Shown here piece after piece: positions 48,737-57,976 of a stretch of 64,000 nucleotides of DNA. Source of the DNA: an uncultured Candidatus Saccharibacteria bacterium (lineage in GTDB: Bacteria > Patescibacteriota > Minisyncoccia > Phycocordibacterales > PALSA-1337); NCBI GenBank assembly GCA_964412585.1, contig CAYPPJ010000001.1, positions 149,334 through 213,333 of the forward strand, written 5' to 3'. The position numbers and the translations under genes were made by a program. The notes under the pieces are model-generated. The model did not search any database and was not told where the DNA came from. It saw nothing but the letters and a program-made list of their open reading frames with translations. How positions within the stretch are numbered: the first letter of the stretch is position 1; each line of letters opens with the position of its first letter.

Positions 48737-49435
48737 TTAGATCTTTTTGCCGGCTTGATATGCCTTGGCAACTTCATCAAGAAAATATGCAATGCTTGCT
48801 TTTGATGCATCATTGCCGAGAATTGGGTATTTGACCTCGCGAATATCACAGTCTGATCCTGCGAGTGCGATAACAGGGACATTCATACCCTGAGCTTCTT
48901 TGACCGCGATCTTTTCTCGGCGTGGGTCAATGACAAACAATGCGTCAGGAATCTTTTTGAGAGAAACAATGCCAAAAAACATCTTTTCGAGAGAGGCGAT
49001 CTCCTTGTCGATCAACATACGTTCGCGCTTGGTATACTTTGCGAGTTCGCCCTTTTCGCGATCTGAGACGAGTTTTTCAAATCGATCAATACGCTTCCTG
49101 ATCTGTCCAAAGTTACTGAGGGTTCCTCCGATCCAGCGTCCATCGACGTAGGGCATGTTGAGTGACAATGCTGCAAGCTTGACCGCAGCAGAGGCTTCTT
49201 TTTTGCCGCCAACAAAGAGGATGGTCTTCCCTTCTTTTGCATAAGCGGTGATAGCCGCTTGTGCCGCCTGAAGTGTATCAGCAGTCTTTTCGAGATCAAA
49301 TATATCTGTGGAGTTCTTGGTACCGAAGATAAATGGGGTCGTCGTTGGGTGGCGGCGTGAGCGTCCAAGGCCAAAATGCGCGCCAGCGGCGAACATTGAT
49401 TCTATACCCTTCTTGTTGCTGTTCTTGGTATCCAT
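48737..49435 (-). CDS. rpsB: 30S ribosomal protein S2
   Basis: MFAAGAHFGLGRSRRHP...FIFG...DIFDLEKT. Start trimmed to the ATG at 49435. Confidence 0.85.
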   Translation of the reverse strand: MDTKNSNKKGIESMFAAGAHFGLGRSRRHPTTTPFIFGTKNSTDIFDLEKTADTLQAAQAAITAYAKEGKTILFVGGKKEASAAVKLAALSLNMPYVDGRWIGGTLSNFGQIRKRIDRFEKLVSDREKGELAKYTKRERMLIDKEIASLEKMFFGIVSLKKIPDALFVIDPRREKIAVKEAQGMNVPVIALAGSDCDIREVKYPILGNDASKASIAYFLDEVAKAYQAGKKI

Positions 49436-49475
49436 AGTGTGTGTTAACGTATCAAAATAATTACGAAAAGTCAAT

Positions 49476-50747
49476 TTAGTACTCTCTCATCGACACCTGA
49501 GCGTCGACTTTTTTCAGCAAATCAAGGACTACTGAGACCACGATGAGAAGCGCGGTACCGCCAATAGCAAGAGATTTGTTTGCGGTAAATGCCTGCATGA
49601 CGAGCGGTAATACAGCCACTACACCGAGGAAAATCGCGCCAACCAACGTAATGCGAGTCACGATGGAAGCAAGATGATCACGGGTGTGCTCGCCTGGACG
49701 AACCCCAGGAATAAATGCGCCTGAACGCTGGAGGTTTTCAGAAATCTGTTTTGGATCGAAGGTGACGGCTGTATAGAAGTAGGTGAAAGCAACGACAAGT
49801 ATAAAGTAGAAAATGCCGTAGACCCATGGATTATTGAAGAATGACGTAAACGAGGTTGCGTAGCTTGCAATAGTCGCGTTTTTTACATGAGAGAGGAAAT
49901 TCGAAATAATCTGAGGGAATAACAAGATAGAGAGAGCAAAGATGATCGGAATAACACCTGCCTGATTGAGGCGCAATGGAAGATACGTCGAAGCTCCACC
50001 GTAGACTTTGTTTCCCCTCACCTGTTTTGCATACGTGACTGGAACTGAACGTTCAGCTTCGGTGACATATACCACGCCAGCAATGACAACAAGGGCAACA
50101 ACGAGACCAGTGATATAGATAGGCATGTCAGCGACATTGTATCCGGCAATAAACTGGGTGACGCGGTCAGGCAATACTGAGACGATACCAGCAAAGATAA
50201 TGAGAGAAACGCCGTTGCCAATACCAAACTCAGAGATAAGTTCACCGACCCACATAAGCAGAACTGAACCAGCGGTGATGACAACGATATTGACGATATA
50301 CGCATAAGTGCCGAGCGCCGGCAATACATTTTGCGACTGAAGCAATGTCATAAAACCGACAGCCGAGAGAACTGCGAGCGGAACTGACAACAGACGTGAG
50401 TAATGAGAAAGTTTGAGACGTCCAGCCTCACCCTCATCATGCATGAGCGCCTTCCATTTTGGGAACATCATAGTGAGGAGCTGAATGACGATAGACGCGG
50501 TAATGAATGGTCCAACACCAAGCATCACGATAGACAAATTTGAAAGTCCTCCACCGGAAAAAATGTTAAGGAAACCAAAAAATTGGCTCGAATTGAGGAG
50601 TGTGCTCAAGTTTGCGGCATTGACCCCCGGAATAGGAATTGTGGCCAACAGACGGAATAACACAAGTGCCAAAATGGTAAAGCCGACCCTCTTGCGGAGA
50701 ATCGGATCTTTGAGTGCCGTTGCTATCTTTTGCCAGATGTTATTCAT
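49476..50747 (-). CDS. secY: preprotein translocase subunit SecY
   Basis: 10 TM helices. Conserved ILALVLFRLLATIPIPG N-terminus. Confidence 0.9.
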   Translation of the reverse strand: MNNIWQKIATALKDPILRKRVGFTILALVLFRLLATIPIPGVNAANLSTLLNSSQFFGFLNIFSGGGLSNLSIVMLGVGPFITASIVIQLLTMMFPKWKALMHDEGEAGRLKLSHYSRLLSVPLAVLSAVGFMTLLQSQNVLPALGTYAYIVNIVVITAGSVLLMWVGELISEFGIGNGVSLIIFAGIVSVLPDRVTQFIAGYNVADMPIYITGLVVALVVIAGVVYVTEAERSVPVTYAKQVRGNKVYGGASTYLPLRLNQAGVIPIIFALSILLFPQIISNFLSHVKNATIASYATSFTSFFNNPWVYGIFYFILVVAFTYFYTAVTFDPKQISENLQRSGAFIPGVRPGEHTRDHLASIVTRITLVGAIFLGVVAVLPLVMQAFTANKSLAIGGTALLIVVSVVLDLLKKVDAQVSMREY

Positions 50748-50763
50748 GAGGTAAGTATATCAC

Positions 50764-51393
50764 TTATGACTTCTTTTCAACCTTTGCTGCCTTGGGAGCT
50801 TTTTCCTCCTTTTGTTCAGCGGTTGCCTTCTCTTTTTTCACTGGCTTTGCTTCTTTCTTTTCCTTTACTACCTTCTCCTTCTTTTCAACTGGAGCAGCCT
50901 TGTCGCTGTCATGATATGGACCCTTGTTCTTTGGGACAGCGCGTGAAGCGAGAGCTATGATGGATCCACCTGCTTTCTCAATCTTTTCTTTTGCTGAACC
51001 TGAAATAGCACATCCTGATACTTTGAATGCCTTGGTAACATCACCGTCACCAAGAATCTTTATAAATGGAATAGTGCCTGAAATCGTCGAAACAATACCC
51101 TTTTCAATAAGAGTCGTCGGGGTAACTGCTTCGTTTGCTGAAAAATGAGCCTCGAGTGCAGCGGTGTTGATGACAACTGATACATCACTGACTGGCTTGT
51201 TCTGGTTGACGCCACGGCCACGCAACTTTGGGAGCTTCTTGATGATATCTCTCCACTCTGGACGGCGCTTGTTACCGGCGCGAGCTGACTGACCCTTGCC
51301 TCCACGACCAGAAGTCTTGCCACGCTTGCCACCACGCGCAACGATCATACGCTTCGTGTTTGGGACATTTCGTTGTACTTGATGGAATTGCAT
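50764..51393 (-). CDS. rplO: 50S ribosomal protein L15 with Lys-rich C-terminal extension
   Basis: GGKRGKTSGRGGKGQ...PKLRGRG. C-terminal KEKK repeats. Confidence 0.85.
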   Translation of the reverse strand: MQFHQVQRNVPNTKRMIVARGGKRGKTSGRGGKGQSARAGNKRRPEWRDIIKKLPKLRGRGVNQNKPVSDVSVVINTAALEAHFSANEAVTPTTLIEKGIVSTISGTIPFIKILGDGDVTKAFKVSGCAISGSAKEKIEKAGGSIIALASRAVPKNKGPYHDSDKAAPVEKKEKVVKEKKEAKPVKKEKATAEQKEEKAPKAAKVEKKS

Positions 51394-51416
51394 AATAGTA
51401 AATTAAAATATTCGTA

Positions 51417-52121
51417 TTATTTCTTTGCGACCAATGAGGCGCGGCTGACTTTGCTGAGCTTCTTCAATGCCTCGATAGCTACCTTCGCATTGTTGAGACG
51501 GTTCTTGCTGCCTGAGAGGAACTTTGCACAGACGTCCTTGATACCTGCAAGCTCAATAACTGCACGTGCTGAGCTGCCAGCGACAATACCGCGTCCCCGA
51601 GCGGGGAAAATCATCACGCGTGCACTCGCATACTTTGCTTCGACGGCGTGCGGAATAGTCATCTGCGCCGACAAAGGAACTTTGATGAGGTTCTTCTTGG
51701 CGTCTCGGGTAGCCTTTTCGACTGCTGAAGCAGTATCAATACTCTTGCCCAAGCCGACTCCAACACGACCCTTGTGATCACCAGCAACGACGGCAACACT
51801 GAAGTTCATACGGCGACCTCCTGAGGTCACACGGGTAACGCGGCGAATATCGATGATCTTGCTGTCAAACTCCGGTTTGACACGCTCACGAGGCTCACCA
51901 CGATTGCCACCGCGCGGACCACCGCGGCCTTGAGGACCACTCGATCCGCCACGACGTGCAGTGTCACCACGCATCTTTCGTCCTGGAGTAATCTTGTTAG
52001 CAACTGCTGGTACACCTTCGACCGCAGTCTCAGGAGCAGCAACAAGAGAAGCATCGATACCCGTTGAAGGAATCTTTACTTCTGCTACATCTGGAGTTGT
52101 TTTGATATCTTTGGCTGTCAT
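51417..52121 (-). CDS. rpsE: 30S ribosomal protein S5 (N-terminal extension)
   Basis: IIDIRRVTRVTSGGRRMNFSVAVVAGDHKGRVGVGLGKS. Confidence 0.85.
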   Translation of the reverse strand: MTAKDIKTTPDVAEVKIPSTGIDASLVAAPETAVEGVPAVANKITPGRKMRGDTARRGGSSGPQGRGGPRGGNRGEPRERVKPEFDSKIIDIRRVTRVTSGGRRMNFSVAVVAGDHKGRVGVGLGKSIDTASAVEKATRDAKKNLIKVPLSAQMTIPHAVEAKYASARVMIFPARGRGIVAGSSARAVIELAGIKDVCAKFLSGSKNRLNNAKVAIEALKKLSKVSRASLVAKK

Positions 52122-52135
52122 GGTAGATAATAAAA

Positions 52136-52486
52136 TTAAAATTCGAGTCCGCCTGCACGCGCTGCATCAGCGACCATCTTGATCTTGCCGGTGTAGATAT
52201 ATCCTCCGCGATCAAAAACAACCTTCGTGATCTTTGCCGCCTTGGCCTTCTTTGCAATCTCTACGCCAACCTCTTGCGCTCGCTCGACCGGTGTCTTGCC
52301 TTTTGACATCTTTGAATCAAATGCGGCGAGCGTATGACCCTTGGTATCATCGATGACTTGCGCATAGATATATTTGTGTGACTTGAAAATAGCCAAACGA
52401 GGACGTTCTGCGGTACCAAAAATCTTGGCGCGGATGCGGGTCTTCCTGCGTGCGAATATTGCTTGTTTTTTCTGGAGGGTATTCAT
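52136..52486 (-). CDS. rplR: 50S ribosomal protein L18
   Basis: RLAIFKSHKYIYAQVIDD...FDRGGYIYTGKIKMVADAAR. Confidence 0.85.
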   Translation of the reverse strand: MNTLQKKQAIFARRKTRIRAKIFGTAERPRLAIFKSHKYIYAQVIDDTKGHTLAAFDSKMSKGKTPVERAQEVGVEIAKKAKAAKITKVVFDRGGYIYTGKIKMVADAARAGGLEF

Positions 52487-52500
52487 GATAGGAAATGTGA

Positions 52501-53034
52501 TTATGCTGCCTTCTTACCCTGCTTGCGGCGGATGACTTCGTCAATATAACGAATACCCTTGCCGAGATATGGTTCAGGCTTCTTTGTAGCACGGACAACT
52601 GCCGCAAACTGACCAACTGACTCGCAATCAATGCCTGACACAATCACCGTGTTCTTGTCGGTTGTAACTTTGAGATCTTTTGGAATAGGCAACGTGACAG
52701 GATGAGAAAAGCCGACAGCAAGTACGAGATTGGTCCCTTTGACGTCCGCCTTGTAACCAATACCTTCGACAATCAAACGCTTTTCGTATGCCTTGTTGAC
52801 GCCAGCAATCATGTTCTTGATATGAGAAGCGTACGTACCCCAGAGTGCACGTGCCTGAAGTGTATTGCTATTCAGGGTGAGTGTAATAGCACCATTTTCG
52901 ACTACAACATTGACGTAAGGACGAAATGTCTTGCTCAAAGAACCCAACGGGCCCTTGATGGTCATAACACCGCCAGAAAACGAAGCTTCTGTTTTCGCTG
53001 GGATCATTATTGGTTTCTTTGCAATGCGTGACAT
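52501..53034 (-). CDS. rplF: 50S ribosomal protein L6
   Basis: MSRIAKKPIMIPAKTEASF...GPLGSLS. Two L6 repeats. Confidence 0.9.
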   Translation of the reverse strand: MSRIAKKPIMIPAKTEASFSGGVMTIKGPLGSLSKTFRPYVNVVVENGAITLTLNSNTLQARALWGTYASHIKNMIAGVNKAYEKRLIVEGIGYKADVKGTNLVLAVGFSHPVTLPIPKDLKVTTDKNTVIVSGIDCESVGQFAAVVRATKKPEPYLGKGIRYIDEVIRRKQGKKAA

Positions 53035-53049
53035 GATAGTTATATGAAA

Positions 53050-53436
53050 TTACCAAATACGGAACAATACTTCCCCGCCAACCTTGAGCTTCTTTGCGTC
53101 CATATCAGCCAAAATGCCTTTTGGTGTTGAAAGGAAGGTGGTACCGAAGCCGCTGCGGAATACGCGGATATCACTGGCCTTTTGATACATGCGACGTGAT
53201 GTTTTTGAAATACGCTCAACACCATTGATACGAGCGACACCGTCAACGTAGACAATGCCGAGGAGCAGTTCACGAGTATCTTTGTTCTTTTCGACGCTGG
53301 TCAAGTAGCCACTTTTCTTGAGGGCATGAGCAATGTTTTCCACAAGCTTTGTTGCAGGAACAGCAACAGATGCCTTGCTTGCGTCGCTTGCATTCTTGAT
53401 GCGAATGATGAGGTTTGAAATAGGGTCGGTTACCAT
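53050..53436 (-). CDS. rpsH: 30S ribosomal protein S8
   Basis: DPISNLIIRIKNA...YVDGV...FLSTPKGI. Confidence 0.9.
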   Translation of the reverse strand: MVTDPISNLIIRIKNASDASKASVAVPATKLVENIAHALKKSGYLTSVEKNKDTRELLLGIVYVDGVARINGVERISKTSRRMYQKASDIRVFRSGFGTTFLSTPKGILADMDAKKLKVGGEVLFRIW

Positions 53437-53615
53437 GATGATTTCTTTATACCAGGGATAACGCCTTCGTTGGCGAATTCACGGAAACAAATACGGCAGA
53501 GATCAAAATCTCGCATATAGCCATGCTTGCGACCGCAGCGGAAACAACGTCGAACGACGCGCGACTTGAATTTCGGCTTCTTTTGGGATCGTACGATGAC
53601 TGATGTTTTTGCCAT
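53430..53615 (-). CDS. rpsZ: 30S ribosomal protein S14 type Z (zinc-binding)
   Basis: 61 aa. CFRCGRKHGYMRDFDLCRIC. Confidence 0.9.
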   Translation of the reverse strand: MAKTSVIVRSQKKPKFKSRVVRRCFRCGRKHGYMRDFDLCRICFREFANEGVIPGIKKSSW

Positions 53616-53731
53616 ATCTTGGGTGGGCGGTACTTTTTCTCAAAAAAATGAGGACTGGTTAGCTATTTCCTTACGGAATGTGCTTCCAATCGATATTTTG
53701 TATGAAAACCTCTATGAAATAAGGTAGAGCT

Positions 53732-53760
53732 ACTATAGCAAATGGCCTATAGGAAGTCAA
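53732..53760 (-). promoter_or_regulatory. sigma70-like promoter TTGACT-N17-TATAGT for rpsZ-rpsH-rplF-rplR-rpsE-rplO-secY
   Basis: Hexamers on the minus strand, about 115 nt upstream of the rpsZ ATG. Confidence 0.45.
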
Positions 53761-53770
53761 CTATACCTAA

Positions 53771-53798
53771 TTGACACAAATCCCTATAAACGTATAGT
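53771..53798 (+). promoter_or_regulatory. sigma70-like promoter TTGACA-N16-TATAGT for 53891 gene
   Basis: Hexamers on the plus strand, about 90 nt upstream of the ATG. Divergent from the preceding promoter. Confidence 0.45.
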
Positions 53799-53890
53799 AA
53801 TCCCAGCTTTTCCCTGATCCTTGATTCATACCCACCTCGAGAAATGGAACAGCTACTCTAACCCCTAACCCGACCGAAAGGAACCTGTTT

Positions 53891-54835
53891 ATGTTCGACA
53901 ACCTTCTCATACATGGTTTGGCACTTGGTGCACAACCAATGTTGGCTGACGAAATTGCTCGCATGACCGAGCGTGCCCTCAACCTCGGCGCCTGTGGCAT
54001 CGAATTGGTGTACTGGCCTGGGCCTGGCAACATTCCCGCGAAAGATGCGGCAAAGGCAATCACCAAGGCCGGCGGCACGCGCGCTTCATTGTGCGCCTTC
54101 CACCCCAAAGGTGATCAGTTTGGTGACCCATTGAGTCCTGACCCGATGACGAAAGATTTAGCCCTTGAGCACCTCAAGGCCGCCATTCGCTATGCTGACA
54201 CCATGCGTCACAACGGCCTCCGCATCTCAACAGTTGATGGTCCACTTGGTTTTGTTCTTGGTGAACAAGGCTATGGCAGTTGTGCCCAAGATCGCCTTGT
54301 GGCGTTCATGCAGGAAGCGGCGGAAACCGCATCCTTGCACGGTATCAACCTGGCGCTTGAGCGGCTGCAAAAATCTGAGGATGGCGTCATCCAAACTGCC
54401 TCAGCGCTGGCACATCTTCTCGACCGTATCAACTGCCCCCACGTCGGAGCGCACGACGACAGCTTCCACGCTGAAAAGAACGGCACCAGCGCAGACGAGT
54501 CAATCCGTACCTTGGGTAAGCACCTCAAGCATTATCATGCCAACGGACTGGGCGAAGATAAATTCAATGACGGCCGTATCCCCTGCGGCTGCCACGAATA
54601 TCGTCTTGAGGATCGGGCGGTCAACGACCGGATCAATTGGCGGAAGGTATCACTGGCATTGGCCGAGTTGCGTCAGCCGGCTGATTCGATATTGATTTGC
54701 CTTGAACCTTTCTGCGAAGCAGCCTGTGTCGCTATCCCTGATCTCCGCACTGGCGTGGTTCCCGTGACCAGTGATGAACAGATTCGTGACTCGATCCGTC
54801 ACTTGATGGAAGTTGGCATGCTCAGACGGGCATAA
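53891..54835 (+). CDS. sugar phosphate isomerase/epimerase (xylose isomerase-like TIM barrel) family protein, GC-rich
   Basis: 314 aa. The pattern of conserved His/Glu/Asp (INLALERL, HYHANGLGED, ICLEP) resembles an AP endonuclease 2/XylA-like TIM barrel. GC is about 58%. Confidence 0.55.
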   Translation: MFDNLLIHGLALGAQPMLADEIARMTERALNLGACGIELVYWPGPGNIPAKDAAKAITKAGGTRASLCAFHPKGDQFGDPLSPDPMTKDLALEHLKAAIRYADTMRHNGLRISTVDGPLGFVLGEQGYGSCAQDRLVAFMQEAAETASLHGINLALERLQKSEDGVIQTASALAHLLDRINCPHVGAHDDSFHAEKNGTSADESIRTLGKHLKHYHANGLGEDKFNDGRIPCGCHEYRLEDRAVNDRINWRKVSLALAELRQPADSILICLEPFCEAACVAIPDLRTGVVPVTSDEQIRDSIRHLMEVGMLRRA

Positions 54836-54886
54836 CCAGCGGACGGTATCGAGACAGTATGCCCGGAGAGCGATCTCCGGGCATGT

Positions 54887-56176
54887 TTATTTACGTTTAT
54901 TTATTTTTTGTATCTCCTGCGTTCGCACATCTTTATTCAAGCGTGTATTGGCCTTGATAAGGAGCGTTGCCTCCTTGGCCTGACGCTCAGAATCTACCAG
55001 TGCTGAATATGACTGATCGGCTTCACCATTTTGATCATGAGCATCTGCATCATTGAGCGAATCCTGTGCGCGTTGCAATGACATCTGTGCCTCTTCTGCA
55101 ATACTCTGCTGGATACGTGATGATGTTGCGGTATTTGTTGATGAAGCAATCACCTCATGTACTTGTTTGATGAGCGACTGCAAGCGAGCCTTTTTCTTGA
55201 GATACTCTGGGTTCACCGAAATAGTTCGCTGTCGTGATTTTGTCGAAGCCACAGGAGCCAGCACTGACTCATGGGTATCGGATTTTTGTGTGGTTTCAAC
55301 AGTGACAGTAGAAGCTGTCCATCCTGCCGGTGTTGGTGTCGCCGTGGTAAGTGACGCGCCTGCCATAACTGGTGCCGCAGGTGCTGACATCATTGTTGCA
55401 GACTGAGGTGTGGAAACCACTGGCACAGATGGTGGTTGAACTTTTGTTGCGCGTGCGACAATGACAACATCCTTCGAAGGGTTATTTTTTGCTCGCTCAC
55501 CATTTGAATCTTTTTGAGTATCCTGTTTTTTGGTAGATACGGCAAGGGTTTTTTCAGTGCGGAATTGACCACGATTGATCGCCAATACACTCAGGACACG
55601 TTCATGAGTACTAATACTTGCATCAACGGTAGTATTTATATCTTGCGCTTTGTCAGGTTGGGTTTTCTGAATCTCGGCGACATTGATAGCAAGCTGTGTC
55701 TTTTGAACTTCGACACTCTGCTCAATCTGCCGTTCCTGTGCTTCGGTCAATGTACCACGCGCTGCCAACGTCTCAGCTTCCTGCAAACGCTTTTGCACCA
55801 ACTCAGCATGAATCTCAGCTTTGGCGACCGGTGTCGAGGCAAGTGCAACGCGGACAGGCTCAACAACATTCACCTTGAGCGAATACAATGAGTCGCCCGG
55901 AAGCGCATCACTTGAGGCGCGTACTGCTGAATTCCCCGCCAAAAGTACAATGACAATCACCGCGACTACTGAAACCCAGCGATGCTGTTGAATCCAGATA
56001 TTAAATGAATACACCGTCCACGGGCTTTTTATGCGAACTTTTTTCTCGCCCTTCGTATGTATTGCTGGTGCAACCTGCGAATCCAAGACACGCTTCAGGA
56101 CCATCTGCTTTTCGGTAGATGTCATAGATATCTTTTTGATATCCTGTATTGCTTTGTTGAATCGGGTGTCTTTCAT
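54887..56176 (-). CDS. anti-sigma factor (single TM, extracytoplasmic coiled-coil/Ala-Thr-Pro-rich domain)
   Basis: 4-nt start overlap with the upstream ECF sigma gene. Short cytoplasmic N-terminus, a TM helix (WVSVVAVIVIVLLAG), then a long extracellular domain. Confidence 0.6.
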   Translation of the reverse strand: MKDTRFNKAIQDIKKISMTSTEKQMVLKRVLDSQVAPAIHTKGEKKVRIKSPWTVYSFNIWIQQHRWVSVVAVIVIVLLAGNSAVRASSDALPGDSLYSLKVNVVEPVRVALASTPVAKAEIHAELVQKRLQEAETLAARGTLTEAQERQIEQSVEVQKTQLAINVAEIQKTQPDKAQDINTTVDASISTHERVLSVLAINRGQFRTEKTLAVSTKKQDTQKDSNGERAKNNPSKDVVIVARATKVQPPSVPVVSTPQSATMMSAPAAPVMAGASLTTATPTPAGWTASTVTVETTQKSDTHESVLAPVASTKSRQRTISVNPEYLKKKARLQSLIKQVHEVIASSTNTATSSRIQQSIAEEAQMSLQRAQDSLNDADAHDQNGEADQSYSALVDSERQAKEATLLIKANTRLNKDVRTQEIQKINKRK

Positions 56177-56715
56177 TGGGTTGTATCCAGTTCGATGTCG
56201 TATCCAGTTACTTTTCGCAGTTCTTCAATTCCTCTATTTATTCTGACTGACGCTGCATTCGTTGAAATCTTGAGTATCTTGGCAATATCGGGTGGCGATA
56301 ATCCTTCGACGAACCGCAAATACACGGCATCTTTATGTCCTGGACTCAACTGGTTTATCTTGTCGACAAGAAACCGACCCTCACCTTCAAGCCTACTATC
56401 CATGACAGCGGAATCTGAAAGTGGCTCATATGGCTCACCTATCTCCTCACTTTCCATCGCCTCCAGCGAAACTGCCTTCTTTTTGCGATACCAGTCAATA
56501 ATGGCATTTCGTGCAACAGTAAAAATAAATGCGCGCGGATACTCTATGCCCGTGCCTGCCTGGTTCATGGATTGCCACAAGCGAGTAAAAACTTCCTGCG
56601 ACAAATCGAGAGCCTGCTCCCGATCACTCACCCTGAGGTAGCAAAAACGAAAGATGGCATCAGCCTCCTTTGTGTATATATCGGTAAATGTGCCTTGAAT
56701 GTCAGGTTTCGCCAT
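56173..56715 (-). CDS. ECF-family RNA polymerase sigma factor (sigma-24 type)
   Basis: Region 2 (DLSQEVFTRLWQ...ARNAIIDWYRKK) and region 4 HTH (LSPPDIAKILKISTNAASVRINRGIEEL). Confidence 0.85.
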   Translation of the reverse strand: MAKPDIQGTFTDIYTKEADAIFRFCYLRVSDREQALDLSQEVFTRLWQSMNQAGTGIEYPRAFIFTVARNAIIDWYRKKKAVSLEAMESEEIGEPYEPLSDSAVMDSRLEGEGRFLVDKINQLSPGHKDAVYLRFVEGLSPPDIAKILKISTNAASVRINRGIEELRKVTGYDIELDTTQ

Positions 56716-56895
56716 AGAGTAAGACGGAGAAATAGAGGTATTCTTTCTGAACTTCGGGATCCTCTAACATATAGAATATACAACGTATCTGATGCTCTGT
56801 CGATGTAAGCTCCGCGAGAACAGGCCGTCTATACCTAGGCAGGACCTATGAACCTGTACCATCATATCCGTTTACCATTTAATCAATTTATTACT

Positions 56896-57834
56896 ATGAA
56901 AACATCACTTAAACACATCGTTATGACAGCGCTTGCGGTGACTTTGGTCGCAAGCCCGTTTGTCAGCTTTGCCAAGGAGAACGAAAAAAGCCAAAAGAAT
57001 GAGAAAAGTAACAAAGTAGAACGTGTCAAAAAACAAGGAGATGGGAATAGAAACGAGCACAGCGACTCGTCCCGTCTAACTAAAGTAAATACTTCATGTC
57101 TCAAGGCTTACGGTCACTTGATTGCCCCAGGCTGGCTCAAGAAGAATTGGACAAATACTGTTGATGCGAACTGCTGGTTGCCATTTGGCATCGCCAAAAA
57201 GTTTTGCGGCAACAATGCCTCAACTACTCCAGATGTGACCGCACCAGTTATCAGTAATCTCGCGTTCAATCCTGCACTCAAGCAAGCTGAGGTACGCTGG
57301 AGCACTGATGAAAATTCAAACAGCGTTGTCTTCTGGAGTCTTACTTCGACTATTGATACCTCCGACGCCGCAACGAATCGCATTACCAAAGCTGATTACA
57401 CAAAGAACCATCGTGTCATCCTGAGGAATCTTACACCAGATACAACCTATTATGTTATCGTCAAATCAAAGGATGTATCTGGTAACAGTTCCCACTCAAG
57501 TGTAGGTTCATTCAAAACAAAAACACCTACAGCTGATACTCAGGTTCCCGTCATCAGCAACGTGGTTACTCTCATCGGCACCTCTACGATACAGGTAGGT
57601 TGGAAGACACATGAGAACACTACTGATCGCATCTATTATTCAACCATTCTTCCCGTCACGTTGAATGCAAGCACTACGTCGTACGTATCGAATACGACTG
57701 GAGCACAGAACCATGCGCTGACAATATCAAGTCTTTCACCTAACACAACATACTATCTTGTCATCGAATCAACTGATGGCGCAGGTAATGTGACGACATC
57801 AGCAACATTCTCTGCGACAACAGCAGGTATCTAG
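56896..57834 (+). CDS. secreted protein with two fibronectin type III domains
   Basis: Start set at MKTSLKHIVMTALAV (signal peptide). Two PAP-N/FN3-like modules (VRWSTDENSNSVVFWS...TTYYV and VGWKTHENTTDRIYYS...TTYYL). Confidence 0.6.
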   Translation: MKTSLKHIVMTALAVTLVASPFVSFAKENEKSQKNEKSNKVERVKKQGDGNRNEHSDSSRLTKVNTSCLKAYGHLIAPGWLKKNWTNTVDANCWLPFGIAKKFCGNNASTTPDVTAPVISNLAFNPALKQAEVRWSTDENSNSVVFWSLTSTIDTSDAATNRITKADYTKNHRVILRNLTPDTTYYVIVKSKDVSGNSSHSSVGSFKTKTPTADTQVPVISNVVTLIGTSTIQVGWKTHENTTDRIYYSTILPVTLNASTTSYVSNTTGAQNHALTISSLSPNTTYYLVIESTDGAGNVTTSATFSATTAGI

Positions 57835-57976
57835 TGCCAGACCGAGTACTTCTACAAAAAACGTCCTATTACGGGCGTTTTTTGTATATTGACTAAGTGC
57901 TATAATATGTGGTATAATATACAGGTAGTGATGGATTTTTTACAGTCAAATCAACAACAAACCTGGAGAGAAAACA

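Noticed and set aside
54165-54695. 176-aa alternative-frame ORF inside the 53891..54835 gene
   Set aside because: Same-strand overlapping frame in GC-rich DNA. Its translation is Ser/Thr/Ala/Arg-rich and lacks motifs. The 314-aa frame shows TIM-barrel-like conservation.
56858-56885. ECF-type promoter TGAACC-N14-CGTTTA upstream of the FN3 gene
   Set aside because: The spacer is shorter than typical ECF promoters and it lies only about 10 nt from the ATG. Mentioned in a finding but not annotated as a feature.
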